A stretch of DNA of 41,450 nucleotides, taken from NCBI GenBank assembly GCA_964490075.1, contig CAZBBK010000053.1, positions 1-41,450 on the forward strand. Direction: 5' to 3'. The notes below the pieces were generated by a model. It had not been told where the DNA came from, searched no databases, and was given only the letters and a program-made list of their open reading frames with translations. Below, piece by piece: positions 1 to 9,814 of the stretch. Both the position numbers and the translations under genes were made by a program. This DNA is from an uncultured Gemmatimonadota bacterium. Lineage in GTDB: Bacteria; GCA-2686955. Within the stretch, counting starts at the first letter, position 1. The number at the start of each line of letters is the position of its first letter.

Positions 1-2
1 TT

Positions 3-1352
3 CTACGCCGGTCGCGGATGGAAAGCGTGTGGCAAGCACAGGTAGGCGTCGTGCTCGATGGAGAGGAAGAGGGGATCGGCGTCGATGTTGCCGGTGCCGG
101 GCCAGCCGTCTTGGACGTTGGAGTAGGTGATGGTGGGGCTATCCTCGGTGCGCGCGACTTGCGCCGGGATGTTGTCCCGGATGATGCAGTTGGTCAGTGT
201 TGGAGCGGAGAGCAGGTGCGAGTGAAAGCCCGCTCCGTTCGCCGAGTCGTTGGCGACGATCGTGCAGTTGGTGATGAGTGGATCGGAGGTGAAGGCGAAA
301 ATGCCTGCGCCATGCTCGGCACTATTCCGGGCAACAACGCAGTTGCGCAGCTTCCAATCTCCCATGACGTGAAGTCCGCCCCCGTTCTGGATTGCGGCAT
401 TGGCGATCATGCGGCAGTTCTCGATTGCCCCGTCTCTGACACTCGATAGGTCAAGGCCGCCGCCATCGAAGGCGCGATTCCCGTAGAAGAGGCACTGGGA
501 TATCAGAACGGTACCGGCCATGTTGGCGGCCAACGCGCCGCCGGACGATCCGTCGTCTCGGTAGTTGCCTACAAATGCCGATCGCCGGATCTCCAGCGAT
601 CCCCAATAGGCGATCAGCAGTCCCCCATCGGCGTTGTTGGAAATGCTGCAATCCAGGATCGTCAGGTGTTCGCCCTCGCTGTAGATCCCGCCGCTCAGGG
701 CATGGTCGTCCTCCGAGTAGTTGTCGCGGATGATGCAACGTTGGATGAATACGTCAGACGCCAGGAAGCCGATTCCGCTTCCTTCCGCGAGAAATACTGT
801 CGTGACATTGCTGTCCACGAGCGTGTCATAGATGCGCGCGGTGCCATCGTCGATCCAGATCCCGCCACCATGGTCGGTGGAGTTGGCCACGATCATGCAA
901 TCGTCGATTGTCAGCTCGCAACGGCGAGTGCAGATTCCTCCCCCGCGACCCCGAGAGTAGGTCGAGACGGCATGGTTGTCCTCGACCCTGCAGTGCGCGA
1001 GCGCGGGCGCGCCTCCGTAGGCGTAGATGCCCGCTCCGTCCGCACTGCGGTTCTGGATCCGGTTCCCGCGGATGACACAGTGGCGAAGGGAAGGGGCGCT
1101 CTCGGAGCAGAGCACGCCTCCACCCCTGGTCGTCGTGGGGGGAGAGTCGGCGTTGGTTCCGGCTCCCCCCGTCACCGTCACCCCCGCCAACACCGACCGC
1201 GGCCCTTCGCCCGAAACGAAGCTCACCACGCTGCACGAGTCCCCCGCACAGGCGGAAGCATCGATCACCGTTCCCGCCACCACCACCGAATCCCGCGGAT
1301 CGCTGCCACTGACCACGATCGCTTTGCCGCGAAAGTTGAACCCGGCGGCGTA
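3..1352 (-). pseudogene. Right-handed parallel beta-helix (pectin-lyase-like) secreted protein, 5'-truncated
   Basis: Repeated GGGI/NCxIxxN motifs and a C-terminal ITYSNVQDGWPGTGNIDADPLF motif. Family-like sequence starts abruptly at YAAGFNFRGKAIVV (1352). There is no signal peptide or TIHVP..TIQ..GTY N-terminus such as the 25207 paralog has. The end also looks truncated. Confidence 0.7.
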
Positions 1353-1411
1353 CGATGTTAGGGAATGGGGAAGCTCGGCTCCTCGATCCACGCTCCAAGC
1401 CCCGAGGCCCC

Positions 1412-2227
1412 ATGATCTCTTTCGCCCCATCCTGCATCGTGGCACTGCTTCTTTTGCTCGCGTTCCCGCGCCCCGCGCAATCGCTCGGCAGCTACTTCGA
1501 CAGCAAGTGCGCCTCCTGTCATTACGACGACGCGGTCACCTGTAACGGTTGCCACCACCACGGAGCGCGTGATCTGCGCGCGGTGCCTGACAAGGACTCC
1601 TACGCGCCGGGGGAGCCGGTGCGGCTGACCCTGCTCGGGGGCCGCAAGTACGGCTGGGTGCGCGCCAGCCTGACCGACGGCGCCCACACCGAGGTCGCGC
1701 GCCGGACCGGCCCGACCTTTGCCGGCAACGACGGCGGACCCTGGACCGAGCTGCCCCTGGCGCTCGAAGGCAGAGCGCCCGGGACCGCCGGTGACCACAC
1801 CTGGAGCGCCTTCTACTACGGCAACGAGAACGGCTGGGGCCACTCCGAAGTCAGCGTCGACGCCACCATCCACGTCGCCACCACCGCTCCGGTCGTGGTG
1901 CGGGCGACACCATCGGAAAGCCCGCTCTTCTTTCCGCCACAGGGGGGCGAAGGTGCGCTCGAGATCGGTCTCAGCAACACCACTCATGGCGTCTTCGAGC
2001 TCGACGCCTGGATCGATGTGGTGCTACCTGGCGGGACCGAGATCGGTCCGGTCTACGGACCGCTGCCGCTGCGCCTGCCCGGCTCCTGGGAGGGCGCTCG
2101 CAGCCTCACCCTCGATCTCCCCGCCGATGCGCCTTCCGGTGTCTACTCGCTCGAAGTGTTGGTGGGAGACTATTCGACCCAGGAGCTGATCGACGCCGAC
2201 TCCTTCGCTTTTGTGAAACGGCCCTGA
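1412..2227 (+). CDS. Secreted di-haem c-type protein (2x CxxCH) with Reeler-like and C-terminal beta-sandwich-like domains, copy 1
   Basis: GAGG RBS, signal peptide, CASCH-x6-CNGCH, ends DADSFAFVKRP. Paralog at 9815-10642. Confidence 0.8.
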   Translation: MISFAPSCIVALLLLLAFPRPAQSLGSYFDSKCASCHYDDAVTCNGCHHHGARDLRAVPDKDSYAPGEPVRLTLLGGRKYGWVRASLTDGAHTEVARRTGPTFAGNDGGPWTELPLALEGRAPGTAGDHTWSAFYYGNENGWGHSEVSVDATIHVATTAPVVVRATPSESPLFFPPQGGEGALEIGLSNTTHGVFELDAWIDVVLPGGTEIGPVYGPLPLRLPGSWEGARSLTLDLPADAPSGVYSLEVLVGDYSTQELIDADSFAFVKRP

Positions 2228-2249
2228 GGAGGGCATTCTGGAGGGAAAG

Positions 2250-4223
2250 GTGCGAACCTCAATACATCGGCCGAGCAAAGTGTCGTGCCAGACGTGGGTG
2301 ATCGCGGCGGCGTTGGCTGTTGCTACCTGCGCTACCGGCCGAACATCCGCGGAACCACTCGCGACCTGTTTCGACTACCGTGAGGCGATGGCTTATTGGG
2401 TGGGCAACGTGCGGTTGCCCTATACCTTGGATGTAGAGAGCTACGGACCCTACGCCTATGTCGCCGATAGCTATCGCGATCTGAACGTGATCGACATCGC
2501 CGATCCTGGTCGTGCCCGTATCGTACGCCAGATCGACACCGAGAGCTCCGCGCGGCAGGTTCAGCGTCTCGGCGAGACGCTCTTTGTCAGAAACGGGTCC
2601 GCGATTCTGATCTTCGGTCTGAGCACTCCCTCGGATCCGCTGTTGCTCGGAAGTGTCGAGCCCGAGGGCCCTCCGATGGGCTTCGCGGTGGCCGGCGACC
2701 TGCTCCACTTGGCGACCTGGGATGGCTTCTTCCACGTCGTCGATGTGTCTCTGCCGAGCGCGCCTCTGTTCCTGGCTTCGATGCCGTCCGAGCACACCGT
2801 AAAACAGGTCGCGGTTTCCGGCGCTCATGTTTATCTGGCGGACCGGTCGCTCCAGGTGGTCGACGTTTCCGATCCGACCCAGCCTCTGACGGTCGGCGAG
2901 CTCGATCTTCCCCATGCCGCCGATGGCCTGGCACCAGCAGACTCACTGCTCTACGTGGCCGGAGGCGGCGGGGGCGTGGTCGTTGTGCGGGTGTCGGATC
3001 CGACCGATCCTCGTGTCGCCGGGATCACGCCAGTGCCTTCGGAGACGCAGGACGTGCTGGTGGTGGGATCGGGTCTTTTGGCGGCCGACGCGGATTGGGG
3101 GGTACAGGTTTTCGACCGCTCCGATCCGGTCGACTTGCGGCCGCTCACCGCCTTCGACACGGCGGTGAGGGCACAGGCCGTGGCGATCACCCCGACGCTG
3201 ATCCTGGCCGCCGACCTGCATGGTGGATTGCAGATCATCGATCCCACACGGTCGACCGCCACTTCGCTTGTCGGGTTCTCTGAACCGAAATACGCCAACG
3301 ACGTAAAGGTGCAGAACGACGTGGCGTACGTCGCGGACGAGACCTCCGGCCTGGTGACCCTGGATGTGTCGGTCCCCGCTACGCCGGTCGAGCTGGGGCG
3401 CCTGGACGATTTCTGGGGGGGGCACGTGATCTCCGTTGTGGACAACCTGGCCTATCTCGGAGCGTACAACCTTGTCGTTACCGTCGACGTTTCCGATCCA
3501 AGCGCGCCGGAGCGATTGGGTCAGATCGCTCTCCGAGGTGGCGTGGGCGACATCGTGGTGCGGGACGGGCTTGCGTATGTCGCGCTGGGCTACTCACCCG
3601 AGCAGGCGTGCGCCGGCGTTGGAGATGGGCTCTCGATCGTCGTCATCTCGATCCCCGCTGCGCCGGTTGAGATCGGGTTCCTCCAGATCTCTTCGGACGG
3701 CATGGGGCTCGACGTGCAAGGGGTTGTTGCGTATTTGGTCGGTTGGCGGGCGGGCGTCCACACAATCGATGTGTCCGATCCGTACGCGCCGGCGCTGCTC
3801 GGACGTTACGACGTGGGCGACGACTGGGCTTATGATGTCGCGGTCGATGGAGGCTATGCCTACGTCGGGTACGGATCCCGAGGATTCGAGGTGCTCGATG
3901 TTCGCGATCCTCGGCAGCCAAGATCGGTCGCTCTGCTCGACACTCCCGGAGCCGCCAGAGCCGTGCGGCTCCAAGGTGGCTTGGCCTACGTGGCGGACCT
4001 CGATTGGGGCGTTCGTCTCATCGACCTGCGTCTTCCCGAGCGCCCCGTCGATCTCGGCATGCAGGATTTCCCTGGCTGGGCGGAGGCTCTAGACGTTGCG
4101 GGAGATCATGTCTACTTGGCCACATCCTCCGACGGCCTGGTCGTGGCCGAGCGGCAGTGCGATTTGATTCTGAAGCACCTCGACAATGCGCGCGCCGGCC
4201 ACGCGACGGCGCCGCTTCGGTGA
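2250..4223 (+). CDS. LVIVD-repeat beta-propeller secreted protein, copy 1
   Basis: GGAGG RBS, GTG start, signal peptide, many YAYVAD..GL.V.DVSDP..P repeats. Confidence 0.88.
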   Translation: MRTSIHRPSKVSCQTWVIAAALAVATCATGRTSAEPLATCFDYREAMAYWVGNVRLPYTLDVESYGPYAYVADSYRDLNVIDIADPGRARIVRQIDTESSARQVQRLGETLFVRNGSAILIFGLSTPSDPLLLGSVEPEGPPMGFAVAGDLLHLATWDGFFHVVDVSLPSAPLFLASMPSEHTVKQVAVSGAHVYLADRSLQVVDVSDPTQPLTVGELDLPHAADGLAPADSLLYVAGGGGGVVVVRVSDPTDPRVAGITPVPSETQDVLVVGSGLLAADADWGVQVFDRSDPVDLRPLTAFDTAVRAQAVAITPTLILAADLHGGLQIIDPTRSTATSLVGFSEPKYANDVKVQNDVAYVADETSGLVTLDVSVPATPVELGRLDDFWGGHVISVVDNLAYLGAYNLVVTVDVSDPSAPERLGQIALRGGVGDIVVRDGLAYVALGYSPEQACAGVGDGLSIVVISIPAAPVEIGFLQISSDGMGLDVQGVVAYLVGWRAGVHTIDVSDPYAPALLGRYDVGDDWAYDVAVDGGYAYVGYGSRGFEVLDVRDPRQPRSVALLDTPGAARAVRLQGGLAYVADLDWGVRLIDLRLPERPVDLGMQDFPGWAEALDVAGDHVYLATSSDGLVVAERQCDLILKHLDNARAGHATAPLR

Positions 4224-4240
4224 GTCATGGTTCCCTCCTT

Positions 4241-4343
4241 CGGGAGTAGGCACAGGATAACCGCGCTCAGCGTCCACTGGCTCGGGCGCGATTGGCGAGC
4301 CGGGGATGGGCGGCGCATCGTCTCCTGGCGCAAAACCACTCTA
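4241..4343 (-). other. Orphan gene head: -10 box, RBS, ATG and partial signal peptide
   Basis: Minus strand has TAGAGT (4343-4338), AGGAGA (4326-4321) and ATG at 4318, encoding MRRPSPARQSRPSQWTLSAVILCLLP, then runs into the antisense 3' end of the LVIVD gene. Confidence 0.5.
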
Positions 4344-4538
4344 CAGCAGCTCACCTCAGACCCAGGCCTGGCAAACCGGCCGGGCTCATCGGAGCTTCGG
4401 CCGCTGATGCCGGCCATGGTCTGTATCCTCAAATAAGGGAGGGCCGGAGCGGAAGTTCGGGGCTTGCGGAGGCGCTATGCTCTGCGGACGGTCCCGCGTC
4501 GTTGGGCACCGGCGGAACACCCCACTGCGGAGGGAAGA

Positions 4539-6539
4539 ATGCAGACTTCGAGACCGCGACCGAGCAGCGCGCCACGGCGCCGGCTTCTGGCCGTGCAGAC
4601 ACTGATCGTCGCGATGTGCGTCGTCCTCCCGGCCGGCGCGCAAGAGAACGCCGCCTGTTTCGACTACCGGGAGGCGATGGCTCATTGGGTGGGCACAGTG
4701 AAGCTGCCCAGCGCGGGCGATGTCGTGGGCGCGGGCCGCTACGCCTATGTCGCCGACGGCTATCGCGATCTGAACGTGATCGATATCTTCGATCCGGCGG
4801 GTGCTTCGATCGTGCGGCAGATCGACACCGGGCGGGGCGCGAGCGAGCTCCAGAAGCTCGGCGGCACCCTCTTCGTTCGAACCTCGGATGACGTTCGGAT
4901 CTTCGATCTGGCGTTGCCCACCGACCCGGCGCTGATCGGTATCGTGTTGCCAGATGGCCGCCCCAACGGCTTCGCGGTCGCCGACGATTTGCTCTACTTG
5001 GCAGCCTATGATCGCGATTTCCACGTGGTCGATGTGTCGCTGCCGAGCGCTCCGGTATTTCTCGCTACGATCTCGACCGATCAACGGGTGAATCAGGTGG
5101 CGGTTTCAGGAGATCACGTGTATCTGGCCGGCCGGTCGCTCTCGGTAGTAGACGTCTCAGTTCCGCTGCAGCCGAACATCGTCGCTGATCTCGACCTGCC
5201 TTCCGATGCCCGGGGTCTGGCGCCCGCGGACTCGTTGCTCTATATGGCCGCCTCGGACGCGGGCTTGGTGGTGGTGCGGGTTGTGGATCCGAAAGATCCG
5301 CGCATTGCCGCGATCAAACCGGTGCCCTCGGCCGCCTGGGACGTGGCACTGCAGGGATCGGGTCTCTTGGTCGCCGACGAGGAGTGGGGAATCCTGGCAT
5401 TCGACCGCTCCGATCCGCTCGATCCGCGACTGCTGCGGTCCTTCGATACCTTTGACCACGCCGGAGCCGTCGCGACCACCAGCACGCTGATTCTGGCCGC
5501 AGATTCGTATGCGGGGCTGCAGATCATAGATCCCACCAAGGCGATTGCCACTCCCGTAGTCGCGGTCTCGGGACCACAGAGCACCAACGATGTGAAGGTG
5601 CTGGACGATCTTGCCTACGTTGCGGACCAGATGTCTGGATTGGTGATCCTGGATGTGTCGCTACCTGTGGCGCCGGTCGAGCTGGGGCGGCTGGATGATG
5701 TGGCGGGCATGGGCGCGATCGCGGTGACGGACGGGGTGGCCTGCCTCGGCGGCTACTATCTTCTCTTCACGGTCGATGTCGATAACCCGAGTGCGCCGGA
5801 GAAACTCGGACAGTCTCTGTTGCGAGGAGAGGTGGGCAGCATCGAGGTTCGCGAGGGACTCGCCTACCTCACGTTGAGCGACCAAGACGACATCGGGGAC
5901 TCCGGCGACGGGTTTTCGATTGTCGATCTGTCGTCGCCCGACAGCCCGCACCAGATCGCCTTTCTGCAGCTCGCCAGGGGCGGCGAAGGGCTCGCGCTAC
6001 AGGGAGAGATCGCCTATGTCGCGGACGGCAAGGGAGGGGTCTACCTGATCGATGTGTCGGATCCTTATGCACCGACCGAGCTCGGTCGTTTCGACGTCGG
6101 TACCGCGTATGCCTCTGACGTCGCGGTCGAGGGTCGCTACGCCTATGTTGCGTACGACTACCGCGGGTTCGAGGTTGTGGACGTGAGCGACCCGTGGCAG
6201 CCGAGTTCCGTCGCCAGGATCAATACCCCCGGGAAGGCGTCTGCCGTTTTGCTCCGAGATGGCGTGGCCTACCTGGCGGATTACGACTGGGGCCTGCGTG
6301 CCATCGACGTGCGCATTCCCGAGCGTCCGTTCGACCTCGGTGTGCAGGACAGCCCCGGCGAGGCGATGAGATTCGACCTTTGGGAAGATCATCTCTATCT
6401 TTGCACGACCTACGACGGACTGGTCGTGGCCGAGCGCCAGTGCGACCTGATCCTGACGGATATCGAAAGCGCTTACACCAACCGCACCGCCACCTCACGC
6501 GCCGCCCGCACTCCGGCCCGAACCGCGCCGTCCAGGTAG
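4539..6539 (+). CDS. LVIVD-repeat beta-propeller secreted protein, copy 2
   Basis: GGAGG RBS and ATG at 4539. Collinear with copy 1 from CFDYREAMA to VVAERQCDLIL. Confidence 0.88.
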   Translation: MQTSRPRPSSAPRRRLLAVQTLIVAMCVVLPAGAQENAACFDYREAMAHWVGTVKLPSAGDVVGAGRYAYVADGYRDLNVIDIFDPAGASIVRQIDTGRGASELQKLGGTLFVRTSDDVRIFDLALPTDPALIGIVLPDGRPNGFAVADDLLYLAAYDRDFHVVDVSLPSAPVFLATISTDQRVNQVAVSGDHVYLAGRSLSVVDVSVPLQPNIVADLDLPSDARGLAPADSLLYMAASDAGLVVVRVVDPKDPRIAAIKPVPSAAWDVALQGSGLLVADEEWGILAFDRSDPLDPRLLRSFDTFDHAGAVATTSTLILAADSYAGLQIIDPTKAIATPVVAVSGPQSTNDVKVLDDLAYVADQMSGLVILDVSLPVAPVELGRLDDVAGMGAIAVTDGVACLGGYYLLFTVDVDNPSAPEKLGQSLLRGEVGSIEVREGLAYLTLSDQDDIGDSGDGFSIVDLSSPDSPHQIAFLQLARGGEGLALQGEIAYVADGKGGVYLIDVSDPYAPTELGRFDVGTAYASDVAVEGRYAYVAYDYRGFEVVDVSDPWQPSSVARINTPGKASAVLLRDGVAYLADYDWGLRAIDVRIPERPFDLGVQDSPGEAMRFDLWEDHLYLCTTYDGLVVAERQCDLILTDIESAYTNRTATSRAARTPARTAPSR

Positions 6540-7933
6540 CCGTTCCAAATTTCAGATGTTTCGGTGCCGGCCCAGTGGATCGGTCCCACCGGACGCCGAA
6601 TGGCCGGACCGAGCTCGGTGAGCACGTGGGGGCGCAGCACCGACACCGCGCCCGCCGAGAAGGGGTCGCCGGCCCAATCGTACTCTTTGTAGTCGAGGGG
6701 TTGCGCGGCCTGGGGACCGAAGAAGTGGGTGAGCGAGGCGATCGTGAGGCGGAGCCGCTCGCGGTAGTTGGTGGGAATGTCGCGATCGGTGTTGGCGAAG
6801 GCCATCAGCACGCCGGACGAGCCGTCCGGTGGCGACTGGTCGAAGGTGACCGCCAGATACTGGTCCTCGCTGACGGCGATGCCGCTGAATCCCTGGTCCC
6901 GCCAGAAAGGTGTCTGGTACGATACGTTGATTACGATCGCCGGTGACGACATCCAGGCGCGCGGCAACGCTGCGCGTTGCCGCGGCAGCTCGGGAATGAA
7001 GGTGATCCGGTCGGCGTCCAAAGGCATCATGGCGACGATTACGCGCTCGGCCTCGATGAGGTGATCGCGATATTGGATGCGCGCGGTGTCGCCGGTGTAG
7101 TCGATGGCGTCGACCGCGGCGTCGACCTGAAGCGCACCACCGAGCTGCTCGGCCAGCTTCAGCGAGATCAGTTGCGTACCGCCGTGGATCTGCCACGACT
7201 GCGCCTTTTCCGAAAGGTGCTCGATGTCGGTCGCGGAGTGTACGTAGAAGAGGAAATAGAGCAGCGACAGATCGGATGGGGATCCGAGGGGGATCTCCGC
7301 CTCGGCGCCGATCAGGATCTTGCCCCCTTCGGTAAACATGTTGGCGTCCATCCACTCCTGGAGTGTCATGGCGTCGATCTCACGGGCGTCGGGCGCGTCC
7401 CAGGGCCGGTCCACCGGCACGGTCATCGCCAGCGCGTTCAGTCGCTGCCGCGCCCACAGGTAGTCGAGATAGGCCACGGGGCCGATCTCGGTTTCGGTGT
7501 CGTCGACCACCTTGCCCTGGCGGTAGAAGGGGTACTTGCCGATGCCCAGCTCGTCCATCAGGCGCAGGATCGAGTCCTGGGTGGGACCGATCCAGTGGCC
7601 GCCGTCCTCGCTCAGGCCGCCGCCACGCAGCGGGCGGTTCAGGGTCCGTCCGCCGACACGGCCGCGCCCCTCCAGCACCTTGACGTCGGCGATCCCCTCA
7701 CGCTCGAGGGTGCGGGCCGCCATCAGCCCGGAGAGACCGGCGCCGATCACCACCACGTCGTGGCGGGGGTCGGGGGTGCGGTTCAGATCGAAGGCACGTG
7801 CGCGGGGATGAGGCAGGGCCGCGGCGCTGGGCGGCAGCAGCAGGGCGCCGGCCGCGCCGGTGCCGGAGAGGCGCAGGAATTCACGGCGGCCGAGCAGGGA
7901 GCGCGGGGGGAAGAGGCCCTTCGACACGTGCAT
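6473..7933 (-). CDS. Tat-exported flavin monoamine/putrescine oxidase family protein
   Basis: GRREFL twin-arginine signal, GAGLSG FAD motif, GRVGGRT, and C-terminal WAGTET..GYLDGAV. The start could alternatively be 7960. Confidence 0.88.
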   Translation of the reverse strand: MHVSKGLFPPRSLLGRREFLRLSGTGAAGALLLPPSAAALPHPRARAFDLNRTPDPRHDVVVIGAGLSGLMAARTLEREGIADVKVLEGRGRVGGRTLNRPLRGGGLSEDGGHWIGPTQDSILRLMDELGIGKYPFYRQGKVVDDTETEIGPVAYLDYLWARQRLNALAMTVPVDRPWDAPDAREIDAMTLQEWMDANMFTEGGKILIGAEAEIPLGSPSDLSLLYFLFYVHSATDIEHLSEKAQSWQIHGGTQLISLKLAEQLGGALQVDAAVDAIDYTGDTARIQYRDHLIEAERVIVAMMPLDADRITFIPELPRQRAALPRAWMSSPAIVINVSYQTPFWRDQGFSGIAVSEDQYLAVTFDQSPPDGSSGVLMAFANTDRDIPTNYRERLRLTIASLTHFFGPQAAQPLDYKEYDWAGDPFSAGAVSVLRPHVLTELGPAIRRPVGPIHWAGTETSEIWNGYLDGAVRAGVRAAREVAVRLV

Positions 7934-8084
7934 GGTGCGGCTCTTTTCGATTTGGGACAATGCTCACTCGGACAGGCTAACCCGGGCCTTGCGCTGGCGC
8001 TTCGCGGCGCTGCAGTGTGCTGGTCTTCGGGCTAGAATGTGCATGCCGCCCGTCACCGACCCACGCCACGGGAGTATCGTGCTC

Positions 8085-9689
8085 ATGCACCCCCTGACAC
8101 TTGTCGCCTTCGCCGCCGCCGCCGCCCCGCAGCTCTCGCAAGAGCAGAGCGTGCGAGAGGAAATCGTCTACTACGATCGGGCCGACGCCCAGGGCCGCCT
8201 CTCGGGAGGACGGGTGCGCATGACGGTCGATCACCGGGGGCGCTTCGCTCCCACGCCGCCGGCCGAGGTGACAACTCTGCGCCAGAGCGAGACTGAAAAC
8301 CGTATCGACCTGGTGTTCGTTGGCGACGGCTACACCGCGCCCGAGCTGGAGGGCTACGCGCAGGATGTGGACGCTCTGGTGGCCGGCTACTTCCTCGAGG
8401 AGCCCTACGTCACCTACGCTCCGTACTTCAACGTGCACCGGGTGGACGTGGTCTCGAACGAATCGGGTGTGGACCACGACCCGTATTTCGGCATCTAGCG
8501 CGACACCGCCATGGACATGGGCTTCTGGTGCGGCGGCATGGAGCGTCTGCTCTGCGTCGATGTCGGCAAGGCCTACGCCTTCGCGGGCAACGCGCCCGAC
8601 GTCGACGTGGTGGCGGCAATCGCCAACTCGACAACCTATGGCGGCGCGGGCTACCCATCGTCCGACCTGGCGACCGCCGCGGCTCGCAACGGATTGTCGG
8701 TCGATCTGTTGCTGCACGAGCTCGGCCACGGCCTGGGAGACCTGGCGGACGAGTACGACTACGGCGACGGCGCCACCTACTACGGATCCGAGCCTTCCGA
8801 GCGCAACGTTTCGATCCTCAGCGCGGCCGAAATGGAGGCGAGCGGCACCAAATGGGCCGCCTGGCTCGGCGTCAACGATCCCTTCTACGACGGCCTGGTT
8901 TCGACCTACGAGGGTGCGCGTTATTACCAGTACGGCATCTATCGCCCGACCACGAATTCGATCATGCGGACCCTGGGGAGACCCTTCAACCTGCCCTCGG
9001 CTGAGTCGATCGTGCTCGAGCTCTACGACATCGTGTCACCGATCGACGGGGCGTCCGCGACGCTGCCGGTCTACACGGGAATGGAGCGGCTCTGGGTGGA
9101 GCCCTTGCGACCCGAGGGCCACGATCTTGTGATCGAGTGGCGGCTGGACGGGCAGCTCGCTGGAAGCGACGAGGTTTTCGATCTGTGCACGGCCGAGTTG
9201 GGGATGGGCGCCCATGAGGTCGAGCTGCGGGTCGTCGATCCCACCGATCTGGTGCGCGACGAGGCGGCTCGGGAGGCCGTTCTGACCGACTACCGGCGCT
9301 ACGACATCGACGTGGGGACCGGGACCCGCGACTTCGGCCTGTGGGGCTTCGACCAGGCGGTCGCGGGTGCCCCCGCGGTGCTCGGTGCGTCGTGCGCCAC
9401 GCCGGGGGCCGCGGTCTACTTCGCCTATGCGCGTGCGCGCGGCGCCGAGCCGGTCCCCGGATGTGCGCCGCTGCTCTCCGACCTGGCCGACCCGGTGCTC
9501 CTGGGCGTCGGCGTGGCGGATGGCGGCGGGCAAGCAACCATCGAGGTGCAGGTGCCGCCCGGGGTGGCCGGCCGGACCTTCTACGTGCAGGCGGTGGAGC
9601 CCGAGACTTGCCGGCTGAGCTTGGTGGGGGAGAGGAGTTTTCCTCGAAGGGGCGGCGCGGAGCGGATGTCGAACCCGCCGCCGGCATGA
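8085..9689 (+). pseudogene. M64 (IgA peptidase-like) zinc metallopeptidase interrupted by an in-frame TAG at 8496-8498
   Basis: ORFs 7860-8498 and 8511-9689 share a frame (PYFGI*RDTAMD). Motifs NRIDLVFVGDGYT, HELGH..LADEY and YRPTTNSIMR are present. GGAG RBS and signal-like N-terminus. Confidence 0.8.
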
Positions 9690-9814
9690 CTCGCGGTCGG
9701 TCGCGAGACCCTGGCCCGTGGCACCGGGCGGCGACAGCAGGACTCCGGCGGTGCCCCGTGTTATACAGTTGATGGAATTCGACGATGATTCGCGCTCGCA
9801 ACCCCCGAGGCCCC

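Noticed and set aside
4325-4400. c-di-GMP-I riboswitch-like GGCAAACC and GCAAAAC
   Set aside because: The motifs are in the wrong order and there is no GAAA tetraloop stem.
8496-8498. Genome-wide TAG reassignment
   Set aside because: Conserved genes such as yceI and the OppB and OppF homologs end at TAG in the expected positions.
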